This document shows, piece by piece, positions 1 to 8,574 of a stretch of 64,000 nt of DNA; the first letter of the stretch is position 1; the number at the start of each line of letters is the position of its first letter. The stretch comes from Cyanophora paradoxa CCMP329 (Eukaryota; Plantae; Glaucophyta), in contig QPMI01000408.1 of the NCBI GenBank assembly GCA_004431415.1, positions 62,001 through 126,000 of the forward strand, in the 5' to 3' direction. A program made the translations under genes and the position numbers. The notes below the pieces were generated by a model. The model did not search any database, was not told where the DNA came from, and worked only from the letters and a program-made list of their open reading frames with translations.

Positions 1-1144
1 GGCCACCCTCCCTCTTCGACTTCGATGGAGCGCCGGACGACGTCGCTCAAATTCGCAGGTCCCTTTCCGACAGCTCCCTCTCCAGCTGCAGCAGCTCCGA
101 ACCCAAGCGCTCGGCAAGCCAGAAATGCGCGCCGCCTGCCCCCGTCGATCGCAAAAGCACAGCAGCTGCAATTGCAAGTCGCGGCCCCAGCAGCAGTCTG
201 CACGCACGCGTAGGCGACGAGTTCGCGAGGGCGAGAGACGCCGCGCTCGCCGTTTCTATCGAGATCGATGTCGTTCCAGAGAACCCGCTTGCACGAGGTG
301 CCAGCTGCAGGCCGCCCTCTTTTCGCGCCCCGGGCTATAGCGGGGCCTGCGACCGCAGAACGTCGAGATTGTAATCATTGAAATATCGCACACATGCGCA
401 GCGGCAAGGTCGCTGGATCGCGCCGCCTCCGTGGCGAACTCCAGACTCGGGAGGTCTTTCCTGCAGACTCTCAGCGTCCTCGGTGCGGCGCGGGCCCTCA
501 CGACCATGATTAATATTAAAATTAGCCGACGTCCTCTAGGTTGCAGAAATATCAATCCAATCATTTACTGGGTCGTTCAATTTCACGTCGTCGCAGTGGC
601 CTTCATCGGAAGCCTCATAAAGAGGCTGTTCATGGACCCAGCCCACCGCGTGCGTTGAACCTAGGCCTTGCACTCGAATTAGTTTATAATTATATATTAT
701 AATCGAACCTTGCAATTGACGCCAACACCTCCGCCTCCGCCCAGTTCTTCGTGGCACACCCGCGGCTGTGGGGGGTCGTCGTCCGTCTCCTCGCCTGCGT
801 CGACCGCGGTCTCTTCCTCTCCGTTCGCCCCCGGCCTCTGTTTTAAAAATTGAATTTGCTGCTCGGTCCGCCCGGGCCTCTGATCATGAGGCCTCACGCA
901 TGCGCTCTCGCCCGCACTGGGCCCGCAGGACATGATCATGGACATCGCCATCTGCTTCAATTTCTGGAACCGTGCGCTTTCTGAATTCGAAATTTTATAA
1001 TCAAATTAAATGCACCGTCTTTCAGCCGCGACTGATCATGATCTCCTCGGGCGTCCTCAGGAAAGCAGTACAAATGGCGAGAATCGCTACTTATATTGAA
1101 TTAATCATGACCTCACGATCTCGTTTAATAATTTTCGAGCACAG

Positions 1145-1439
1145 GTTCGGAGTATGGCTGAGCCTCGTCGCCTTCCCGTACCTCTTCCTGCTCTTCTTCC
1201 TGTCGCGGGCCTTCCGGCGCGAGTGCGAGCGGCGGGGCTGGGAGGCCCGCCGCTGGATGCTGGGCTACTGGGTCCTCTCCCCCGTCTGGTGCCTCATGTA
1301 CGACGTGTGGATCTCGGTGCGGTACCTCTTCTCGGAGCCCGTGGACAGCTCGGGCCTGGGGCGCATTGCCCGCTACTACCTCCGCCTCCGCCTCTTCACC
1401 GAGACCTCCCTCGAGACCCTGCCCCAGAGCATTTTTCAG
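1145..1439 (+). CDS. Exon of a host multi-pass membrane protein, XK-related (XKR)-like
   Basis: GC-rich coding-like segment between AT-rich introns (CAG acceptor at 1142-1144, probable GC donor at 1440). Hydrophobic helices and the motif ETSLETLPQSIFQ resemble the XK-family E..PQ..LQ signature. Upstream exons (e.g. ~540-650) are likely but were not resolved. Confidence 0.55.
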
Positions 1440-1503
1440 GCGCGAAATTTTGTGGCTCGCGCCGTTTCTATCAGTTTAAGAAGCATATACTTATTGAACT
1501 GAT

Positions 1504-1861
1504 TGTCGCGTGCGGGATTAGTGGGGAAGCACGCGGGGAGGCTCCCGGTCGAGCGTGGCTCGACGGGGCTCAGCGGATCACGAGAAACCACAGTGCAAGC
1601 CAGTAGTATTGGTAGAACTGTGTACCCGGACAAACCCGGTACACGTACCCCTAGCTCGGAGTACTTCGGTCACTGACTCAGGGGAATCGCTGTACCCTGG
1701 CAAATACACGTGTTCGGCCGTGGCGTACTAACGCCGACATCGGCCCTAGCGGCCCGTAGGCAGCTCTGCAACTAGCAGCACGAAGGCTGCACCTAGCTAC
1801 TAGTAAGGTAGCTGTACAAGCTCATAGAAGCGCTAGGACAGCGCTAATCCTGAATGCGACA
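1504..1861 (-). repeat. 3' LTR of the Gypsy element (358 bp)
   Basis: TG...CA ends with an imperfect terminal inverted repeat (TGTCGCGTGCGGGATTAG vs TGTCGCATTCAGGATTAG), directly adjacent to a polypurine tract. The partner LTR is not in the window. Confidence 0.8.
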
Positions 1862-1873
1862 ACTCCCCCTCTT
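1862..1873 (-). promoter_or_regulatory. Polypurine tract (plus-strand primer)
   Basis: AAGAGGGGGAGT on the minus strand, immediately before TGT of the LTR. Confidence 0.8.
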
Positions 1874-2547
1874 AAGACTGCGTCCCCGCAGGCTACACTC
1901 TGAACCGGCGACTGCCGGGAATGAATAAGCTTTGTAGCCGGTACTCGCTCTACGGCAGCCGACTGCCGGGAATGAAAAGACTGTCAGCCGGATGCCGTTG
2001 TTGTTCTTGAAAGGCCATTCCGGCCGCCATAGGCGGGTACGGGGATTGATCTCCAGGGGAGGAGTGATCGGCGGCAAGGAAGCCGCGGGCTTTTGCCCAA
2101 GGGGCGACGGACAAGGTCCAACTTCATGTTCTCATGTAGATTTTCCACGTGAAGGGAGGCTCGGGGCCCCCTTGGTGCCATGCATGCACCGCGAGAGCAC
2201 GCCGCAGATGCGAACGCGAAAGAGCAGCGCGGGGCGACGCGGCACGCAGGCGGTGCACGGCCCCCTCCGGTGTGCCCCCCAACCGCGACGCGGTCGAGTG
2301 ACCCAAGTGCGAGCCACGCAGAGCTCCACCCAGGCGAGCACCCCTTAGGCTCTCGCAGTGGTGAAGTACAGGTGATCGGATCGGCGGGGATTCAACCGTG
2401 CCGACGAGGATAGAGCCGGCTCTCGGACCGGGTACCGCTCACAAGAGTGCATTCCGGTTTGGCCGCACGCGGCGCCGGGCACCCCTGCCCGACCCCCGTG
2501 ACTTCGTTTGATACCAAGGGAGAAGAGCCAGCGTCAGGCGTCCCCGA

Positions 2548-3006
2548 AAAAAAATGAGAGTACCCCAATCACTGTGGGCCCGCCCTCTTTCTCACCCTCA
2601 CTCCTCCAAACCACCCCAACCCACACACTCCAACGCCTTCCAACACACATTCTCTTCCATCCCTTCGTTACGTCTACCACCACAACCTCTCCAAACCAAC
2701 CATCCAGCAACCGCTAGGTAGTATCTAACGTCTAGTCCGATCGATTTTGCAAAAGATATAGCAGTGATTTGAGGCGGGAGCGTCAGCCAGAAGGCTTCCT
2801 GCTCTTCGAGCCCCAAAGCGCTGGTCTCGGAATAATCTTCAACATCATCCAGACGTTAATTGTGTGTATTTCGAATCTAAAAAACAAAGAGGTTTCAAGG
2901 GTTATGCTACACGTAATTACTATATCATCGGAATCTAATTACATACTCGAGTTCAGGTTCTAGCTAGACGCTAATTATTCCCACCGATGACGTAGTCCAA
3001 GTTTAG
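2548..3006 (+). repeat. A1 left TIR (459 bp)
   Basis: Near-perfect reverse complement of 12798-13256. Confidence 0.95.
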
Positions 3007-3607
3007 TGAAACCACTTAACATTGGTTTGTATTCGATCGACGGCCCGACAGGATCAGCGCTGCTAGAGGCGATGCGCAAGATCGATGTGTTTGCTACAGG
3101 TAATTCGCTAGCATTCTCATCCACCTCGGGGATTGCGACGATCGTCTTAGCAGGAACAGCAGATGATGGAGGAGAAAGCTTTTTATCAATTTTGGTCTTA
3201 GCAATCGGTTCGTTTAAAATCTTGTTTTCCATTTTAGTCTCAACCGCTATACCAGCAATAAGATCACCAGCACGCTTCTTTGAAATTGTTTTCAACCCAG
3301 TCACTGTTTTAATGAAATATCTGCTACGATTACCAGTCTCTGATACATACAGCGGACCATCGTCAGTATCCTTCAGTTTACTAGTTTTGCTTTTCTTTGT
3401 CCGCGAATTTGGGATATTATCTAGAATAGCGTTTTCGTCGGCAGTAAGAGCAAAATCGATAGACGCACCCTCACCACCAGCAGTCCGACGAACTAAAGGA
3501 TAGGATTCAGTATCACCGCTCAAAAATTCAATATTATTCTTTTTATTGGGTGAGTTTGTAAGTTTTCTAGAAGCCGAAGGCAAGTAGCCACTTGTGCTAC
3601 GCACCAT
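2975..3607 (-). CDS. Lys-rich 210-aa protein, candidate virion core protein
   Basis: ATG at 3607 (MVRSTSG); same protein in A2 and A3; homolog in B (39117-39866) at the same position. Function is inferred. Confidence 0.7.
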   Translation of the reverse strand: MVRSTSGYLPSASRKLTNSPNKKNNIEFLSGDTESYPLVRRTAGGEGASIDFALTADENAILDNIPNSRTKKSKTSKLKDTDDGPLYVSETGNRSRYFIKTVTGLKTISKKRAGDLIAGIAVETKMENKILNEPIAKTKIDKKLSPPSSAVPAKTIVAIPEVDENASELPVANTSILRIASSSADPVGPSIEYKPMLSGFTKLGLRHRWE

Positions 3608-3677
3608 TTGTTTTAAATAAGGAACAGAAAAAAGTCGACAGACAAGCTGCCTCGGCTGCGCATTCGCGAAAGTGAAT

Positions 3678-4553
3678 TTAAGCAAAACTGCGATCAAACG
3701 GATGAAACTCACTATCTGTGTTTCTGATTGACGAGCGAAGTGATGCCTTTGTGTATGAAGAATCTTCAATTTCGAACTCGATAACGAATGAGAATTCAGT
3801 GTTAATAGCTGCAGTAAATCCATTAAAATAACGTATTGACACATCAAGTTGTTCTAACTCAGAATTATGATCGACGGAAACAGGAACACGTTCATCAGAT
3901 GTATATTTGATAAGCTCTCCAAATTTCGCATCGATATGAATCTTTGCCAACGATGTGTTTGTCCAGTTATTTATTGTGTGAATCGAACCACGAATCTGAT
4001 CGATATGTAGGAAGAGATAAGTATGATAAAGAAGATCAACAGGTATATCGCCAACGATAGCAAACGCATAATCAACAGCATCAACTGTGATTGGAGTATC
4101 CAGCTGTTCTGCGGAATCTGTAACAGCCTTTGTGAAGCCGAGCAGATTTGCGAGTTCAAGAGTGGAAAACGTCAGAGTAAACTCCGATTCACACAAGATT
4201 GTGATTTTCATTGAAACATCATCAAAAACCGTTAAGAACTTGCGTTGGTAAGTACTCCCCAAATAACTGTATTGTTGTGTTTTCAAAAGAACGTTCATAT
4301 AATTCGTAAGAGATGTTGGAGTATATGATCCAGCTCGAAATAGGTTCGTTCTGGTTTTAAATACATTGCTAGGATCGAGCGTAATGGTTGTTATTGAAGC
4401 ATCAGCAGCTAGATTATACATATTGTGAAAAAGTTCTAGCGATTCAATTCTAGCCGACTTCACGTTTGCTAACGCCCGAGGCAGATTAATTTTGAAATTC
4501 GAGGACGTGCCTTCGAACCGATCTCTAGAATCAACATTTACGCGGAGTTTCAT
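3678..4553 (-). CDS. Putative minor capsid (penton) protein
   Basis: N-terminal VDSRDR..SSNF...L....NV...YN pattern typical of PLV/NCLDV pentons; divergent from the major capsid gene; homolog in B. Confidence 0.75.
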   Translation of the reverse strand: MKLRVNVDSRDRFEGTSSNFKINLPRALANVKSARIESLELFHNMYNLAADASITTITLDPSNVFKTRTNLFRAGSYTPTSLTNYMNVLLKTQQYSYLGSTYQRKFLTVFDDVSMKITILCESEFTLTFSTLELANLLGFTKAVTDSAEQLDTPITVDAVDYAFAIVGDIPVDLLYHTYLFLHIDQIRGSIHTINNWTNTSLAKIHIDAKFGELIKYTSDERVPVSVDHNSELEQLDVSIRYFNGFTAAINTEFSFVIEFEIEDSSYTKASLRSSIRNTDSEFHPFDRSFA

Positions 4554-4597
4554 CTTTACAACAATATACGTGAAAATATTCTGTAATATAATATCAA

Positions 4598-5827
4598 ATG
4601 GCGCAAGCAGGAACTACTCTGAAAGAGCTCCTAACAACCAAAGGATCGAACGAGCTTTATCTATCGCCAGGTCTAACTGTCGGTGTTAGCCCAAAGTTTA
4701 AGCCTTTCCTTGAGACGATCCGTCCGCGAGGCAACTCATACGGATTCGCACAGACTGCTGCTTTCGACCTTCCGCGCAAGCAACTTCTAAATGGCGTCTC
4801 CCTATATTTTAAGGTAACAGTCGCTGGTGGAGCTGCCGCTTCGGTTCTTCCTAATGGTGCTGGTGCATTTATTGAAAACGTACGCTTTGTTCATGGATCT
4901 TTCAAAATGGTAATTCCCGGTGATTGGCTTACAGTGAACGCACTGATTGATAACAGCGTCGCATCCGCCCAAGCTTTTGCTAGCAGCTACGGCTTTGGAA
5001 AAGACGCAGCTCTAGAGATTCTCGATGCTAGCCGAGAGTACGTGCTGAAGATCCCATCACAGCTTTGGGACAATTCATATTTCCCTCTGCTAGCACTTGC
5101 GGATATGCCAACCGTCGAGATTGACTTCCGTTCGGCTGGTGTGATTGGAACTGTTGCTGATGCTATTGCGACTCTAACGGATTGTGCCCTGGTTTGTCAG
5201 TTCGTGAATATTCCTAGCGAAGAGGCAGAGTCTATGCTAAAATCTGCGAACGAGTCTGGCGGTATTAGAATTCCCTTTACTGAAATCATTTCAAAGCGCT
5301 CACGCCAGCTTAAGACGGACGACGCAGGAAACGCTGTCGAAATATCCCTTGCTAACGTTAGCGGCCTTGTGCACGCGATCCTGATGACAGTGCGTAATGC
5401 GAATCACCTGGGCACTCGCAATCATAATTCATTTGCCGGTAACGGTAACGCTTTGAAGATTGATTCGTTTGAGATCATGCATAATAATCGCACTCTCGAT
5501 ATCAGTAATAAGCCAATCTCTGGATTTGTTTCGAGCTGCTATCATATCCCAACTCAATATCGCGGAGCAACAACTGGTAATTCAGCCCTTGGTTTTGAAG
5601 ACGGAAATGTCTATGGTATTGTGCTTTCGAAATCTGGCAAAGACTCCCTCCACAACGCTGTCCTCGGCTACACAGACTTCTTCAACTCAAGCAGCAGCTA
5701 CTGCTCCCTCACTGTCACCGGATGTACAAACACCGCACCAGTTGTAGTCGATTTTCACGTCCTGCGCCACAACGTTCTCGTAATTAATTCATATCAAATG
5801 TCGACTCTAAAAGTAAGTAACTTTTAA
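4598..5827 (+). CDS. Putative double jelly-roll major capsid protein (MCP)
   Basis: 409 aa, beta-rich; FDLPR..LL..V.LYF and FIENVRF....IPGDWL resemble PLV/NCLDV MCP N-termini; lies between the penton and ATPase genes. Confidence 0.8.
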   Translation: MAQAGTTLKELLTTKGSNELYLSPGLTVGVSPKFKPFLETIRPRGNSYGFAQTAAFDLPRKQLLNGVSLYFKVTVAGGAAASVLPNGAGAFIENVRFVHGSFKMVIPGDWLTVNALIDNSVASAQAFASSYGFGKDAALEILDASREYVLKIPSQLWDNSYFPLLALADMPTVEIDFRSAGVIGTVADAIATLTDCALVCQFVNIPSEEAESMLKSANESGGIRIPFTEIISKRSRQLKTDDAGNAVEISLANVSGLVHAILMTVRNANHLGTRNHNSFAGNGNALKIDSFEIMHNNRTLDISNKPISGFVSSCYHIPTQYRGATTGNSALGFEDGNVYGIVLSKSGKDSLHNAVLGYTDFFNSSSSYCSLTVTGCTNTAPVVVDFHVLRHNVLVINSYQMSTLKVSNF

Positions 5828-5828
5828 A

Positions 5829-6533
5829 ATGGATATCAAATTGTTTGATCCAGCAGAAGTAAAACTTCCTAAACGGTTCTTGTTTGTCGGCCCCACCAAC
5901 TCGGGCAAAAGCACCTACGTAAAACACGTATTAAATGCTGTAGCAAATCAGCTAGACGATATTTACGTCTTCAGCACAACGGCATTTACAGAACAGTGGG
6001 ACGATACCACTCGCAAGAGCAATATTTATGAAGAATGGGATACAGTTTTGGTTGAAGAACTTTTAGAACGTCAAAAAGAAAGACGACGCAAGAAAGATGA
6101 TCGAAAAATAGCAATTGTTTTAGATGACTTGCTTGATAATGACCTAGTAAACGTCCACAGTGACCGATTAATGCAAAAGCTTTTTACTAGCGGAAGACAT
6201 TACAATATATCGCTCTTTATCACGACACAACGTCTATGTGGCATTAGTCCGACGATTCGGCGAAATTGCGAATATGTATGCTTTTCGTCGATTCTATCGA
6301 ATATTAAAGAGTTCGATTGCGTCTTTGCCGAATACAACGCCGGAGCGAGTCGAGCAGTTTTAATGCGTCTTTTCCTTGAATGGGGTCATTCGTATCAGGT
6401 TTTGATATTTGAAGCCGCGACCGTGGACCGCGTCTACTCTGTTGATAAATCTTCTGGAGATTTTTCGGCTCTATCAAGCTTTTTACACGCAAGAAAGCGG
6501 CCCGGTCGAAAGCCGGCAACCAATCTTGTCTAA
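5829..6533 (+). CDS. A32/FtsK-like genome packaging ATPase
   Basis: Walker A GPTNSGKS, Walker B IVLDD, GRHYNISLFITTQ motif. Confidence 0.93.
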   Translation: MDIKLFDPAEVKLPKRFLFVGPTNSGKSTYVKHVLNAVANQLDDIYVFSTTAFTEQWDDTTRKSNIYEEWDTVLVEELLERQKERRRKKDDRKIAIVLDDLLDNDLVNVHSDRLMQKLFTSGRHYNISLFITTQRLCGISPTIRRNCEYVCFSSILSNIKEFDCVFAEYNAGASRAVLMRLFLEWGHSYQVLIFEAATVDRVYSVDKSSGDFSALSSFLHARKRPGRKPATNLV

Positions 6534-6672
6534 GCAACCAACTAGTATATTCTGGTTTAGCTGAGGCAATCCACAAATAGCTTGCGCCCTTGTAAATGCC
6601 GAAGCTGATGCAGTGACATTGTGAAAGTTGTGATCTCCCCGGCCAACATATTTCTAAATCTTCAATATCCAT
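6304..6672 (-). CDS. Small protein with an FG.YKG...P.Y..WL motif (DUF3820/ExoX C-terminal-like)
   Basis: ISFGIYKGASYLWIASAKPEYTSWLL; open in all three A copies; 3' part overlaps the ATPase gene antisense. Confidence 0.55.
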   Translation of the reverse strand: MDIEDLEICWPGRSQLSQCHCISFGIYKGASYLWIASAKPEYTSWLLRQDWLPAFDRAAFLRVKSLIEPKNLQKIYQQSRRGPRSRLQISKPDTNDPIQGKDALKLLDSLRRCIRQRRNRTL

Positions 6673-6701
6673 CAAAAAGATAAAGGGTGTTATTCCTTCA
6701 A

Positions 6702-7235
6702 TTAAACCTGTGGAAAGTTCAGACGCAGGAACGGCTTATCATCTTCACTTGTGTGTTCTAGAGCGTAAGCATCACGAGCACGAGCAGCTTCTTCTGCAGT
6801 TGAGAAATTGCCAATGTGCTTTTGGCGGTCATTTATCTTATAGTATGCTTTCCATTTACCATGTTGCTGATGGAAGCTGACGCCAATGTATCCACTCGAG
6901 TTATTTCGCCGCCGATTCTGGTTGAGCTGCTGCTGTCGCTTTGTTGCAAGCCGCAGATTCTCGCGGCGGTTATCAAGCTTGTTCAGATTTATGTGATCGA
7001 CAGTTAAACCGTTCTCCAACTCGCCGCTGATGTAGTTATGCAAGAACACACACTTATGATTGATTTTGGCTCGAACATATCCATTGTCCAAACTCCAGCG
7101 AAATCCCAGCACACGCTCAGCGTCATCCTGTGACACAAGTGCATAGGCAACTACGACTCCATTTCGACCATTCCTACGACCAGTAATTGGAATTAGAGCA
7201 ACACCTTCAGGGACATCAGGAATTGCGACCTCCAT
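6702..7235 (-). CDS. HNH endonuclease-AP2 domain protein
   Basis: VDHINLNKLDNRRENLR (HNH) followed by SSGYIGVS...KWKAY...IGNFSTAEEAARARD (AP2). Confidence 0.92.
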   Translation of the reverse strand: MEVAIPDVPEGVALIPITGRRNGRNGVVVAYALVSQDDAERVLGFRWSLDNGYVRAKINHKCVFLHNYISGELENGLTVDHINLNKLDNRRENLRLATKRQQQLNQNRRRNNSSGYIGVSFHQQHGKWKAYYKINDRQKHIGNFSTAEEAARARDAYALEHTSEDDKPFLRLNFPQV

Positions 7236-7370
7236 ATTTCTTGCGCAGCGAGCTGCTTGTCTGCGACTTTTTCGTTACATTTACAGATTGCAATATATTT
7301 AAGCCTAAAAAGTCGCGCTAATTTGTTATAAAAGGATTTATGTCTCATATTATTGAGATATAAGCGAACA

Positions 7371-7679
7371 ATGAGTTCTGCAGATTATACTGCTGTAAAG
7401 CGTGGCCGTGGACGTCCGCCAAAGGTTCGTCTTTTGACAATGGATTCATATGAACCAAAGAAGAAGGGTCGTAAGCCAATAGAGGTAACACCGGAGATTT
7501 TAGCAGAGCGACGCAGAAAGAATGCTGAACGGAATCGTAAACTACGTCATACGAACGAAACATATCGTTTGAAACAGCTTGCCATCACAGCAAAATATCG
7601 AGCTGAAAATCCTGATCGTATTCGGGAGTACCACAGAAATGCTATTTCGCGTAGATGTCTTGCTAAAGACGTTGCTTAG
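7371..7679 (+). CDS. Small basic AT-hook protein
   Basis: KRGRGRPPK AT-hook and an Arg/Lys-rich helix; conserved in A3. Confidence 0.7.
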   Translation: MSSADYTAVKRGRGRPPKVRLLTMDSYEPKKKGRKPIEVTPEILAERRRKNAERNRKLRHTNETYRLKQLAITAKYRAENPDRIREYHRNAISRRCLAKDVA

Positions 7680-8565
7680 CACCAGCTCTAAGCTTTGGCT
7701 CTCCTGCAATCTCAAGCTTCTTGAGCTCTCGATCCTTCCGGTTTTGGCCGCTGTATTTTTTCGTTTCGATCAATCCCTCGCGTCTCAATCGTCTCTGCTG
7801 TCGCATTTTCACTTCTTCTTTTTCGATTCGTGTTTGATCAGGGAGATCACGAGGTTGACGTATTTCAGATGGTTTAACACGCCTAGAAATTTCCACACCT
7901 TGCTTTGTAATTAACCTAACGCGGTTCTTATCAGCGCCAGCAACTATGTACGTCTCTTTGCTTGGTTTTGCCAGACCCTTCGCAAAAACACTGCTCTTTG
8001 GCTCAAGGATCTGCACCTCCGTGCCAGGTTTAGGCATTTTTGTGTTCTCTCGTTCAATATCGTTCTGTCGCTGTCGCACTTGGTGAAGCTGTTCGGCAAC
8101 CTGTGTATTTTCACGCATCCACGTTGGTGATCGCTCCACGCCAAATGCACTGTGGGCTGTCTCATTGTACGCCTTGACAATTGCCGGCAAACGTGAGAGG
8201 AAATGCGGTGATCCACGTGCTTCAGTGTCAGCTTGGATAAGTGCTCGCAATGTCCTAGCGAACCTGTCGATAATTCCAAGTTTGTTACCTTTAGAAATGT
8301 GGTCATCTTTGGCAACATCAGTGTGTATTTTAAACGAGTTCTCTTCGACCATTGCCCGAATCGCAGCTGTGTTAAAACCGTTGTCGGCGGAGAAACCCCA
8401 GATCCCTGGCAGTTGCTCAATCATTTTTGGAAGTTGTTTGAATGTTTCTATTTTTCGAACGATAGCGAAACGGGTTGCAATTTCTACGGCCGCAAACAGG
8501 CGATATCTCCCAATAAATAATACATCAATTTGCCATGCACCAGGTGGCGCTGTTAGAGTGTACAT
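7663..8565 (-). CDS. Retroviral-type (rve) integrase
   Basis: WQIDV, SADNG, GIIDRFARTLR and YN..AHSA motifs. Confidence 0.88.
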   Translation of the reverse strand: MYTLTAPPGAWQIDVLFIGRYRLFAAVEIATRFAIVRKIETFKQLPKMIEQLPGIWGFSADNGFNTAAIRAMVEENSFKIHTDVAKDDHISKGNKLGIIDRFARTLRALIQADTEARGSPHFLSRLPAIVKAYNETAHSAFGVERSPTWMRENTQVAEQLHQVRQRQNDIERENTKMPKPGTEVQILEPKSSVFAKGLAKPSKETYIVAGADKNRVRLITKQGVEISRRVKPSEIRQPRDLPDQTRIEKEEVKMRQQRRLRREGLIETKKYSGQNRKDRELKKLEIAGEPKLRAGAKQRL

Positions 8566-8574
8566 CCTTATTAT

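Noticed and set aside
3608-3847. N-terminal extension of the 290-aa ORF
   Set aside because: It uses a non-ATG start overlapping the penton gene; the B homolog's position supports the ATG at 3607.
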